Assembly: GCF_006345805.1 (NCBI RefSeq)
Contig: NC_043005.1
Coordinates: 72,540,001 to 72,604,000, forward strand
DNA from: Octopus sinensis
Lineage: Eukaryota
DNA: 64,000 nucleotides
Direction: 5' to 3'
Position numbers and translations under genes: made by a program
Part shown: in pieces, positions 25,714-38,077 of the stretch
How positions within the stretch are numbered: position 1 is the stretch's first letter
How the letters are laid out: each line of letters starts with the position of its first letter
Notes under the pieces: generated by a model
Told to the model about the DNA's origin: nothing
The model's database searches: none
The model's input: only the letters and a program-made list of their open reading frames with translations

Positions 25714-26295
25714 ATATATAAATGTGTGTGTGTGTATGTATGTAAACAAACACACACACACACACACACACTATGAGTTCCTTTTGGTTTTCGTCTAGTA
25801 AACGTCCCTGTTGCAGTATTGGATAACCCTGTGTCATATCATAAAACGCTTGGGCAAAGTGCCGTGCAATGGGATCAAACTCAGAATGTCATAGTCGTAC
25901 AATGATCTTCTTAACCATGAAGCTATGCCTGAGACATTGTAACATTTTTTCATTGAGGAAATACACAGTGAAGAATATTTTTATTGTTTCAAATGTCATG
26001 GATTTTGAAAAGAAAGAATAACCTCATTCTATAACAACAAAACCATTCATTTAAAACTTCAGTGAATTTTCTCTTTGATTTATTGAGGAACTTTTTCTCT
26101 GTTTAGTTAATAATGAAAGGTTAAATATAAAAAAAATTCTTATTTGTCCTAAAAAATGAATGAACTTTCAGTTATGCAATCTCTGATTTTTGGAACCTTT
26201 TCAAAGATTGTGGCGTAATTGATGGCGAAGTTAGAGGTTGTGTGTTTCATGTTCGAAGCTTAAACTTGAACCTTTGGTGTATGAGAACTAAACAC

Positions 26296-26560
26296 ATCAT
26301 CATCATCATCATCATCGTCATCATCATCATCACTGTCACCATCATTTAGCATCCATTTTCCATGCCGACATGTGCAAGAAAGTTTGATTAGAGTCAGCAA
26401 ACCAGAGAGCTGCACCAGGCTCCACTATGTTTTGGCTTGGTTTCTATGGCTGGATGCCCTTCCTTATGCCAACCACTCCACAGAATGTACAGAGTGTCTT
26501 TTACATGTCACCATGATTGGGTGCCTTCCATGTGTCACCAGCACAAGTGCCTCTCTGTCA
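26296..26560 (-). mobile_element. SINE family A, older copy
   Basis: (CAT)n then tttagcatccattttccatg...ctggatgcccttccttatgccaaccactcc. Confidence 0.75.
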
Positions 26561-26754
26561 CTTGTCATTACTTCTGAGACTCAACATCCAAAGATCATAT
26601 TTTATCACCTCATCCAGCATCTTCCTAGGTCTACCTGTTCCACAAATTCCTTCCACAGTTAGAGATTGGCTCTTCTTTATGCAGCAGTAATATGGTTATA
26701 TTTCAACACAGAGGAAGGAATGTGGTTTATAAAATCTAATTAGTTGAATATAAA

Positions 26755-27240
26755 TTTGTTTTGCTTTTACATTTGGTTTGAAAGATTCTTGGTGTGAATA
26801 TGTGTACTGAAACATATCTTGTTATGTCTTGGGAAGGTCATTATGCCAATAATAAACACATGCACTGGTACTATTTCACTTTACATTTATTGGCAATTGG
26901 TTAACCAGCTAACCAATTAACTAGTCAATTGTTTGATTAAGCATTCACTCAGTCAATCAGGTTTGTCAAAGTCCTTTCATTGCCATTTGCAACCTCATCA
27001 GTAACATGGCATCTGTAGTCCATGTCTGCTTCAGATTCGTTGGACAAACATCATGGCTGAAGCTGCAAATGGTGATAAAAGGGCTTTGAGAAACCTAGCT
27101 CACTGTTTGATTGATTGTCTGATTAATCAAACGATTGATTATTTAATAAGTTAGAAGTGAAATAGACCAGTGTGTGTATTTATTATTGCCATAATGACCC
27201 TCCTGAGACACAGCAAAACAATTTGGACCCACATAGGAAA
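26755..27240. repeat. Large imperfect fold-back element (~180-bp arms, ~55-bp spacer)
   Basis: 26815-26880 is the reverse complement of about 27152-27220. 26961-27000 (gtttgtcaaagtcctttcattgccatttgcaacctcatc) is the reverse complement of 27057-27095 (gctgaagctgcaaatggtgataaaagggctttgagaaac) with scattered mismatches. Confidence 0.8.
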
Positions 27241-27635
27241 ATATGGCTGACTGGCAAGCTATAGCATATGGACGAAACTACTTTTGATAACTTATCTCAA
27301 GAAATGGTATTAAATATTTATATACTAAATAAGTAAGAAATATTTTATGTTCCTAGAATCAGAAATGTAAATATGCTTTATTTGTTATTCATTGTTTCTG
27401 CTGAAGTAATTTTCTAATAGTTTTTCCTTTCCATTCTTCTTTCAATTTCGAAAGATTCAATATTTATTTATCTTTTCTTCATTGATCATAAACTTTCAGC
27501 CATCCAGTTCAAGATTTAAAGTACATGATACATGCATAAGTTGAATATTAATTCTAATCTCACTGATTTCACAAAAATCTTATGTTGTCCAGTTTCTTTT
27601 CAAATCCATCATCATCATCGAGGTTATCATCGTTG

Positions 27636-27683
<48 letters not shown>

Positions 27684-28867
27684 CTACTGTTGTTACAGGG
27701 AAATATTCGAAATTATTATTAATAAATTCAAATGTATTTTCTAAATGAAAATTATTTTATATTATCTTCTTTCAAATTATGGTTTTTCTTTTTTAAAAAA
27801 AAAAAAAGAAAATAGAGAAGACAGGAAACTGTAAATTATGAAATACAAATCTTGAGATTGCTTTAGATACTTCAGAATGACTTCAATTTCATTTGAAATT
27901 CACTCTCTCAGCCATGAATATAGCTTCTCTGGACCAAGTGATTTGATTAATATGGTTTACATGAATAAAAGGTCGAAGATATTGGATATCAACATTATCT
28001 ACATTAGATATTTGTGTTCAGCTATCTTTGAAAAATCGTTATTTTCTTTCAGATGATTATTTTCATTATTCTGTTCTGTTAGATATGCTAGATCTATATT
28101 CTGATTGGAACAAAGAAGTAATCTTCGAATTATGATATTTAAGAGGGAGGAAACAAAAACGAAAAGAAAATCTAAAGAATATAGATCAAATAATCTTAAC
28201 TGATACTACAAGTTATAAATTATATGAATGTATACAACGTATACACTATCAGATCATAACATCAGATAGTCGTTGACTGCATTATCATTATTTAGCCTGT
28301 TGTCTGATACATATAGTACAACCCCCTTTAAAACTACTATGGCTTTGCTGATAAAATACCAAGCAGAGCCAAGCGAAGAACGATCTGATTAATTAGAAAT
28401 GCTGCATTTGGTTCTAAGAAATATGAGGCACACTGCTTTAAAATTTGCCTCCCTACTACTTCATTCAGTGATCTCTAAGATAAAAGAAGTAATTACAGTG
28501 GAAGGAACCTACAGTAATTAAGACCTCTTAAGTTATCTTCCCTAAAAACACTTTCTAATGCATTCATATTCAAAGGAAGCAATCATATATTACACACAAT
28601 GTTATAACTAACCTCAATGATATCTCTGTGTGGACTCATAGGCATAACTTGTGTCATTTTATTCCTGAGTAACTGCTTTGTTATAGGAGAAGGTTTTCCT
28701 AGAGTGATAGCAACTTCATAATAAATCAAACAACAGTTCATCTATTTGCCTGTCAGAAAGCAAACTGCAATTCAATATTGAATGCAAATAAATAATGTAT
28801 TGCTATGAAATTTCATGAGCATTCAGATTTGAAATTCCCCATTAAAGAAATCTAAATCCCATACAAG

Positions 28868-29700
28868 CATGTCTGTATGGTTAAGGAGCTAACTTTGCAA
28901 CCATGTTATTTCAAGTTCAACTTCACTGAGCAGCACCTTGGTCAAGTGTCTTCTACTATAACTGACCAATTCAAAGCAGCGAGCTGGCAGAAACGTTAGT
29001 GCGCCGGGCGAAATGCTTAGCGATATTTTGTTTGTCGTTACGTTCTGAGTTCAAATTCCACCGAGGTCAACTTTGCCTTTCATCCTTTCGGGGTCGATTA
29101 AATAAGTACCAGTTATGCACTGGGGTCGATGTAATTGACTTAATCCGTGTGTCTGTCCTTGTTTGTCCCCTCTGTGTTTAGCTCCTTGTGGGTAGTAAAG
29201 AAATAGGTATTTCGTCTGCCGCTACATTCTGAGTTCAAATTCCGCCGAGGTCGACTTTGCCTTTAATCCTTTCGGGGTCGATAAATAAAGTACCAGTTAC
29301 ACACTGGGGTTGATGTTATCGATTTAATCCGTTTGTCTGTACTTGTTTGTCCCCTCTATGTTTAGCCCCTTGTGAGTAGTAAAAAATATATAACTGACCA
29401 ATGCCTTGCGCATGAATTTTGCAAGATGGAAATTGTGTGGTCGTTTACCATACATATATATACACACACACACAAATACAACACACACACACATATATAT
29501 GAGCGTTTTGTCTTTTTGTTTATGTCTGTCTGTCTCCCACCACTTGACAACAGCTGTTCATTTGTTTACATCCCCATAATTTAGCAGTTCAGCATGAGAT
29601 CAAAACAGTAAGTATTGGGGGTCAATTTGTTTGACTAAATTCTTCAAGGCGGTACCCCAGCAAGGCCACAGTCCAATGAATGAAACAAGTAAAAGATAAA
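28868..29700 (+). mobile_element. SINE family C interrupted by a family B dimer
   Basis: Head to ...gtgtcttctactataactgaccaat, resuming as gccttgcgcatgaattt... after the insert. Confidence 0.75.
28971..29388 (+). mobile_element. SINE family B dimer with 14-bp TSD
   Basis: TSD tataactgaccaat at 28957-28970 and 29389-29402. Two body units joined at aaagaaataggtatttcgtctgcc. Confidence 0.88.
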
Positions 29701-30029
29701 AACTATATAAAAAAAGTGTAGCTCAATCTTCAAAATCAAAGTGATAATTTTAATATAATCTGCCTACCCCTGAACTTGAAAACAATTAACCATTATTTTC
29801 CTCAGCCCTCAAAGAACCACCACAGGTTCCTTTGTAGTTGTAATTTGCTCCTTGTCCCTAAAACATTTCTTCACTCTTCTCTTATGTGTATATGAAAAGC
29901 TTCTTAATTACAGCAACATCACATTTCCTGCATTTTCGTAATCATTTACTTTATAAACCACATATAACTTATTGATAATTAACGACGTCTATGTATAGCT
30001 CATAGCATTATATTGATTAAATTTTATTT

Positions 30030-31830
30030 TGAAGGTTTATTTGGCGGGTCACTGATCAATTTAGATGAATCTAAAGCTTTCCGCAAGGTTAACCATCATA
30101 ACTTGGCAACTGTTCCAAGTGCAGCTGGACTTGCTCCCATCTTCTAAGACTGGATTGCTACAATGTACAATCACATCTGTCCACTGGTCAAACTCAAAAG
30201 TCACCTTTTTCCATCACTTAATTTCACCTGTCAAAAATAATCACCTCCTCTGTTTAATGCTTTCTGAAGTTCAAGCAGAGGCTGGAATATTTGAGGGGTT
30301 CTTCACTCAAATTGTGTTAGAGGAGAGCTGTGGATACCTACGTGAATGATGTCATTGCCATGATGTTGGACACATCAAAACCTGGGGTGATTGTTACTAT
30401 ACTGCAGAAGATTGGAACATGTCAGTGAATTTGTAATTTGAGTTAAGAGATACAAATCTGTATGAGTTGGTAGCTTATATTGCTGACTGAAGCTCTGATT
30501 AAAGTATTTGGACATTTGTTAAGACCAAGCCTCCAGAAAAGGAGAAAAAATGAGAATAGGCAATGAGTTGAGTAACTAGTCATGTTCAGAAATACGCTGA
30601 GAGGAAGCTGTCTGCAAAAGGTTGTGTGGAAATAGATAACACCAATACTGTTGGTTCTGTAATGTCACTTAATCATTTTGTACCCTGTTGCAAGAAACAT
30701 TTGCCCATGTTAGGCGGTGAGCTAGCAGAAACGTTAGCACGCCGGGTGAAAAGCTTAGCGGTATTTCATCTGCCATTACGTTCTGAGTTCAAATTCCGCC
30801 AAGGTCAACTTTACCTTTCATCTTTTCGGGGTCGATAAAGTACCAGTTATGCACTGGGGTAGATGTAATCGACTTAATCCCTTTGTCTGTCCTTGTTTGC
30901 CCCTCTGTGTGCAGCCCCTTGTGGGCAGTAAAGAAATAGGTATTTCATCTGCCATTACATTCTGAGTTCAAATTCCGCCAAGGTCAACTTTTACCTTTCA
31001 TCCTTTCGGGGTCGATAAATAAAGTACCAGTTATGGACTGGGGTCAATGTAATCGACTTAATCCCTTTGTCTGTTCTTGTTTGTCCCCTCTATGTTTAGC
31101 CCCTTGTGGGCAATAAAGAAATAAGATACATTTGCCCATATTGATTGAAGTGATTGCTCTTTTGCTTCTTATAGAAGAATAAGTTCTACTGGTGAAGATA
31201 TTCATCTAGGGCCAAAGCAGAAGCAACTGCAGAGATTTCTAGACAATAACAATGCTGAATATGTGGGGTCATCATTCATGCTACACAATTTTCTGTATTT
31301 CATGTACTTCACTGAACTGCAGTCCTGGATCAACTGCAGGTCAGCATTGGGTGTTTGGCAACTGGAATGTTGTTAGACAGTCACTACAATCTATAATTAC
31401 AGTAAAATCAGCTGTACAATGCATTTGGTGGAATATCAAGTCTTGTATTCTACAGAAAGTAATGAACGAGATGTGGATTAAGTATTATTGACAATTATGA
31501 AAAGTCCTCGGCCTAGCATTACTACAGGGAGTAATGCTTGTTTGGGGCCAACTTTACTCACATGGAAATGCCATAAGCTGGGCCTGTGTGAAATTTATGC
31601 AGGGTAATCAAACTCTGATGTACTCCTTCAGAGTTTATGCATTGCTAATTTGTGAGCTTGAGTCAAACAATTGCTTTCATTGTAGGAAAAACCCACCTTA
31701 TCACCTGATTCTGCAACGAAGGTTGATCAATGTACTTTCTTGTTTCCACATGGAAAAGCATGTAGTTTTCCTCTCTCTTGAGGCTATGGTAAAAAATCTT
31801 GTGTGGTTGAAGTGACTGAATGTTTTTTTA
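30030..31830 (+). mobile_element. L1/Tx1-clade LINE ORF2 remnant (RT domain and downstream region), split by a SINE
   Basis: LINLDESKAFRKVNHHNLATVPSAAGLAPIF*DWIATMY (RT LDxxKAFDxVxH motif), TYVNDV (decayed YADD) and ERKLSAKGCVEIDN. After the SINE: QLQRFLDN...TELQSWI..LGVWQLEC. Confidence 0.8.
30712..31122 (+). mobile_element. SINE family B dimer with ~20-bp TSD
   Basis: aagaaacatttgcccatgtt (30692-30711) and aagatacatttgcccatatt (31123-31142). Confidence 0.88.
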
Positions 31831-31929
31831 GGAAATGATGAGGACCAAGTCCCTTCATCAACTTCAAATATCATTTAAAGAAGAGAATAATGGGAAGAAA
31901 GGAAAAAAAAACTACTGCACTCCAGTGTG

Positions 31930-32560
31930 TTTTATGAAAGGTGACACAAACATGATATTGATGAGGCTAAGTGGGCCTGCTCTGATTATAAGTATATATC
32001 TGGACTTGGCAAGGAGCGGTCATCTAGAGATGATGTAGTCAACTGTCACATTTGGTTGTGTTTGCTCTCTTTTTTACTTTTTTTTTCTTTTGTGGTTGTT
32101 TGTGACTCAGCATTGCTTTTGCGCATCTGCTATCAGATCTTCACTTTCTGCTTTTAATCTACATGTTTTGAACCATTATTGACTTTCACTTTGGCTTAAT
32201 TCTCTTCTGCTGCATATTATAGGATATTGGTTTCGGAAGTCCATTTTGATTTCATCTTCTGTGGGTTTTCTAATGCTTTAGTTCTTATCTAAGTCTGTTA
32301 TTTTACTGTAACTTATTTCTTGTTTATATATTGTCATATCCTTTGATGAAGAGGAATGCTTTGCTTAATTTTGTTTTTCTTTTCTTGTTCCTTTATTACA
32401 CATTACAGTTTCTACAAGATTGGATTTTAAGTATTTTTATAGTCCCACTGTTGTTATTTTGTAGTAGTTTTCTATTTGTATCATGCCTTTCTCCTTATAT
32501 GCGACTTGGATATAATTTGTCTATATTACTTTTGGACTAATGGCTTCGGAAGGCTTTCAG
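31930..32560 (-). mobile_element. R4/Dong-like LINE fragment (post-RT / zinc-knuckle region)
   Basis: QWFKTCRLKAESEDLIADAQKQ...DYIISR*PLLAKSRYI..RAG, resembling WLxxxxLKxETEGLIxAAQDQ...HIISGCPxLAKxEY. Confidence 0.6.
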
Positions 32561-32794
32561 GTGATTCCTTGTTGCTCCCTCAAAGATTTTCAATTCACTT
32601 AGTTTCTGGTGTTGAGGATATAATTTATAACAAGAACAGCTAGTATATTAATACCTACCATCATATTTTTTGTATTAAATTAAAATTTTAATGTAAGATT
32701 TCTCCAGATATCTTTTTCTAATTTCCTCTTTGCCATTATTATTGTTGTTGTTGTTATGATGACTACTACTACTACTGCTGCTGCTGCTACTACT

Positions 32795-33440
32795 GTAGCA
32801 AGCTGCCAGAATCATCAGCATGTTGAAGAAAATGTTTAGTAGCACTTCATCTGTCTTTACATTCTGAGTTCAAATTCAGATGAGGCTTACTGCTTTTCAT
32901 CCTTTCAGGGTTGTTAGAATTAGTACCAATAGAACACCAAGGTCAGTCTAAACAACTAGTCTCTCCCACAAAATTTCAGGCCTTATGCTTACAGTAGAAA
33001 AAATTATTATTATTATTATTTTTTAATTTTTTTTATTATTAAGGTGAGTTGGCAGAATTGTTAGAACATCCGGCAAAATGCTTAGGAACATTTAGTCCAT
33101 CTTTACGTTCTGAGTTCAAATGCCACATAAATACCAGTGTACCACGAGATCGATGTAATTGATTTATCCCATTCCTGAAACTGCTGGTCTTGTGCCAAAA
33201 TTTGAAGCTGAAGGCAGCAAGCCGGCTGAATCATTAGCAAGCCAGGTAAAATGCTTAGCAGCATTTCATCAGTCTTAATGTTCTGAGTTCAAATTCCACT
33301 GATGTTGACTTTGCATTTCACATTTTTGGGGGTCGATAAAATAAGTTCCTGTTGAGTACTGGGGTTGATGTAATCGACTAGTCCCCTCCCCAAACATTTC
33401 AGGCCTTGTGCCCTTAATAGAAAGGAATATTATTGTTATT
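32795..33440 (+). mobile_element. Three head-to-tail family B' SINEs
   Basis: Three successive ...gcagaa/gctgaatcattagc...ttctgagttcaaa heads at about 32800, 33045 and 33210, each with a caggccttgtgc/aaatttgaa-type tail. Confidence 0.65.
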
Positions 33441-33452
33441 ATCATAGACACA

Positions 33453-33830
33453 TCATCATCATCATCATCGTTTAACGTCCGCTTTCCATGCTAGCATAGG
33501 TTGGACGGTTCAACTGGGGTTTGGGAAGCCAGGAGGCTGCACCAGGCTCCAGTCTGATCTGGCAGTGTTTCTACGGCTGGATGCCCTTCCTAACACCAAC
33601 CACTCCATGAGTGTAGTGGGTGCTTTTTACGTGCCACCAGCACAGATGCCAGGGGAGGCTGGCAACAGCCATGATTGGTTGGTGCTTTTTACGTGCCACC
33701 AGCACGGAAGTCAGTCAAGGCGGCGCTGGCATCGGCCACATTCGGATGGTGCTTTTTACGTGCCACTGGCACAGGTATCTCAGCTACAATTTCCATTTGA
33801 TTTTTTGATGTTGATGTACTTGACTCAATA
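33453..33830 (-). mobile_element. SINE family A with three internal repeat units
   Basis: (CAT)n-cgtttaacgtccgctttccatgc... and ggtgctttttacgtgccac x3. Confidence 0.88.
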
Positions 33831-33847
33831 GGGGGCAGAATTACTCG

Positions 33848-34078
33848 ATACCTATTTCTTTACTACCCACAAGGGGCTAAACACAGAGGGGACAAACAAG
33901 GACAGACAAAAGGATTAAGATGATTACATCGACCCCAGTGTGTAACTGGTACTTAATTTATCGACCCCGAGAGGATGAAAGGCAAAGTCAACCTCGGCGG
34001 AATTTGAACTCAGAACGTAGCGGCAGACGAAATACGGCTACTCATTAGGCCCGGCATGCTAACGATTCTGCCAGTTCG
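33848..34078 (-). mobile_element. SINE family B monomer
   Basis: tacctatttctttactacccac...ggcggaatttgaactcagaacg...ctgccagttcg. Confidence 0.85.
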
Positions 34079-36608
34079 GATACCACCAACCCCAGTGCTT
34101 GACCTGTTGACCTCAGCAGAACTGTTAGACTATTGGACAAACTACCTTGTGGTATTTCTTCCAGGTCTTTACATTCTAAGTTCAAATCCTGTGAAGATCA
34201 GCTCTACTTTGTATCCTTTCAGGATGTTATAAACATAATACCTGCCAAGTATTGGGATCAATTTATTTGATAAACTCCAATACTTAAAACACTGGCCTTG
34301 TTTTAGAAGTGCTTATCATTTTTAGCACTATTTTGTCAGCAAATATATTAGGCTTTCACACTCCATTAATCTTCTGCAGGTTTCCATTTAACTGCTGTTA
34401 AATCAAAGCATCTTTTTTTTATCTCTAATGTATAAAAGCATTTCAGGTGAGAACTATCAACATAAAAACAACGTTGACAATTTAAAAGGTCATTTTAGAA
34501 TATCGTTTAAAAATTATATACGAAAAGTTACATATGCATTTTAAGGAATATGTGTGCAAGTATTTATACAAATAGCTATAGTTTTATAATAAACGGTTAG
34601 TGTAAAAATAAAAATATTAGTCTTTGTGGTTTGTTGGTTATTAAATTTAGGTATATTAAACAGTAGGATTTATTGTAAAAATATTAAACTTTACAGGAAT
34701 AGAAAGAATTTCACCTCGATATATATTTATATATTAATCAACTTTAGAATAACATACTGCATTAGAAAATATTAAATCGAACTTTTGTAAAGTTTTCTTT
34801 TAAAGTAATTTGCATTTTGTACTAATGAGATAATTTTAAGTGTAAAGTAATATAATATTTTCGTTTTTATATATTAGATATATTAAAATGTCAGAAATAA
34901 AATTTGATCATTTTCAGATGTACTAACAGAAAATTATAAAGTTAATTACAATATATCCAGCTGGAATTCATTTGTTTTGTAACATTTTGAACAATTCATT
35001 CTTTCACCATATTCCATATTTCAACATGCAAGAATATTTGTAATCTAGCTTGAAATTTTGTTAAAAATAGATACATGAGAATTTTAAGTTGTTTCAGTAA
35101 TTACCTGTCTTGAAAATTTAGTTATATTAATTTTAGTAAAAATAAATAAATTTTAAAAAATTACAATTTATTGTTTTTAAAACGGAGAGATTCATTGGAT
35201 AGTGTATTCCTAGATATGTAATGCCTGGATAGAGGACTTGCTGATTATAGTTGAGACATCTTTGATCATGATTAAGCTCAGCAAGGGCTAATCTGCGGGT
35301 TAAAATAACTTCCATGCGGTTTCTTGGCCAACTAGAAATGGAAGCCAAACGTTCTTCAAATTATAACCTACCATCTTTAAAAAAAGGAAGGACACTATGA
35401 ATAATGTAGTACAAGATAGACTAATATTAAAAATATAACAGGATGGGACTGTTATATCTTCAAGGTCTATGATGATACGGGTGCTCAACCAGATCTAATC
35501 AAAACTTAAAAAACAGGAGCAACAACAACCCAAAAGCATTCTTTTAAACTGAAACCTATCTTAAATTCTCCTTTTCTTCACCTCATTACCAATTTCTAAT
35601 TTTAAGGTACCTGGTTTCGGTATTTTATTATTAATTTCTATTTTTGAGTTATCACATTCACCTTAGAGTTTGTTACGCATTATTCAACAATGTTTAGCTC
35701 ACATACAGATGTAATATCAACCAATTAAAGTTAAGCTTGTTGCATTAAAGATCAGATGCACTCTCTCCCCTGCTTTATTGCCTTTTAAATTTTGGATAAT
35801 CAAAACATCGTAAGTTTTCTCTCTTGCCCTTTTTGTGACTAATTTTCATTACCACTAACGAGTGTTCTTCTTAAACAACCATGACAAGATCTCATACTAA
35901 ATACTGTCAACCAGCACCAGCTGAGCCCTTGGGTCATCTCAGGTATGCTCATCCTGTCCTTAAATAGATCGTTTTTTTTTATCTAATACTTCTCTTACTG
36001 TGGTAATAATTTAATTGCTTAAAATTATTTTCGGTTCATCATCTTAAGTCTGGTAGCTCACATTCAATATTATCCCATGCTGACTTTGATTTGATTCCCC
36101 TTTGGACATTTTCATTGTTGTTAACAGCTGTCAATATTTTCCAGTCTTATGTGTTTCTATTTATTTCCTCCCCCTCAGATAAGAAATATTCCTCATACAA
36201 CTAAATTGCTTTTTTTTCCTTTCTTTCACTAATATTAAAGATACATATTCGTTGAAATGATTCCTTGGACACTGAAAAAGCTTATGAAGAAATACAGTCT
36301 TCTAATTATTTATAATAACTGCTACAGTAAGGGTTTCAAATTTTGACACAGGGACATCAGCCTTTGAGGGGAAGAGCAAGTTGATTTCATGACTGATACT
36401 TATTTTATCGATTATTTGATTGGATCTTTTTATCCCTCCCCATCGAAAGGATGACAGGCAAATTCATCTTGATTGAATTTGAACTCAAAACTTAATGATG
36501 GATGAAATGTTGCTAAGCTTTTTGCCTGGCATGCAAATGACTCTGCCTGCTTGCTTTCTGCTTTTATAACAGCTATGATAAAAACAGAAACAGTCTTCCT
36601 AGAATTAA

Positions 36609-37021
36609 GGTGACGAGTTAGCAGAAACATTAGCACGCCAGGTGAAATGCTTAGCGATATTTTGTCTGCTGTTACGTTTTGAGTTCAAATTCCGCTGAGG
36701 TCGACTTTGCCTTTCATTCTTTTGGGGTAGATTAAATAAGTACCAGTTACGCACTGGAGTCGATATAATCGACTTAATCTGTTTCTCTATCCTTGTTCGT
36801 CCCCTCTGCATTTAGCCCTTGTGGGAAGTAAAGAAATAGGTATTTCGTCTGCCGTTACATTCTGAGTTCAAATTCCGCCAATGTTGACTTTGCTTTTCAT
36901 TCTTACAGGGTCGATAAATTAAGTACCAGTTACACACTGGGGTCGATGTAATCGACTTAATCTGTTTGTCTCTCCTTGTTTGTCCCCTCTATATTTAGTC
37001 CTTGTGGGCAATAAAGAAATA
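36609..37021 (+). mobile_element. SINE family B dimer with 23-bp TSD
   Basis: agaaacagtcttcctagaattaa (36586-36608) and agaaacagttttcctagaattaa (37022-37044). Confidence 0.88.
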
Positions 37022-37975
37022 AGAAACAGTTTTCCTAGAATTAAAATATTTTCCTGATACTGTAGCTTCTTGACAGCAAACATCATGTGACTTATCCTGG
37101 TCCTATAATACAAAAATCCTTCATTTAAAAATATTAATATTTAAATACAAACCTTGCATTTTACATAAGAACCTTTCTATTAAAGTTATATTCTAAACTC
37201 CAGGCTAGTGAAAGGAAAAAACCATTGCTACTTTAACTAAACTTTGGCAAATCCTTAGTTATTTTCATAATTAATTAAAAGATATAGGTATGTATTATTT
37301 TTTTACAAATATGGTCCAACAAGGGTTAAAGAAGAAATTAGAATACTTCAGAAATAAGATTACATCGAAGTAGACTGTTTATATATTGTGAGTGCAATAC
37401 TCAAGTCGACAGCCTATTCAATATGTCAACTGTTATTGAAAGCTGAGGCATTAATGCGTAAACTGTTGTAGTTAATACATATCATTATTGTTATGAGAGT
37501 TACATATGCAATAACAATGAAATTTGGTGTATTTTATTTTATTCTTTTGCTAGTTTCACTCATTGGACTGCAGCCATGCTGGAGCACCACTTCCAGGGCT
37601 TTTAGTCAATCATATCGACCGGTACTTTGTCTGGTACTTATTAGATTGTTGTTCATGTATGAGAGAAAATATGAAGTTGATGTGGGTGTAAGGGGAAACA
37701 TTTCAGTCTGACATTAATACCATAGAGTATTTCTGATCGAATGCACCAGCTATTATCCAATGCAGAAAGAAACACACGCACACACACACATGTATATGTA
37801 TGCATATATATATATACACACACTAGGTTCCATAGTCTGTTTTCCTTTCCAAACCACACATACAGAGCTGTTTCTTCCTCTGTCAGCAAATACATTGTAT
37901 ACATAGGTGTAATGTTTCCATTTGTTGTAGCGTACAATGTTTGCTAAAAATTCATAGATCTGCTCAACAGTATAT

Positions 37976-38007
<32 letters not shown>

Positions 38008-38036
38008 CATACACACACACACACACACACACCACA

Positions 38037-38077
<41 letters not shown>

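Noticed and set aside
33615-33775. CRISPR-like array: 25-bp GGTGCTTTTTACGTGCCACCAGCAC repeats with ~37-42 bp differing spacers
   Set aside because: The spacers are diverged versions of one another, the array lies inside a recurring SINE in eukaryotic DNA, and there are no cas genes or leader.
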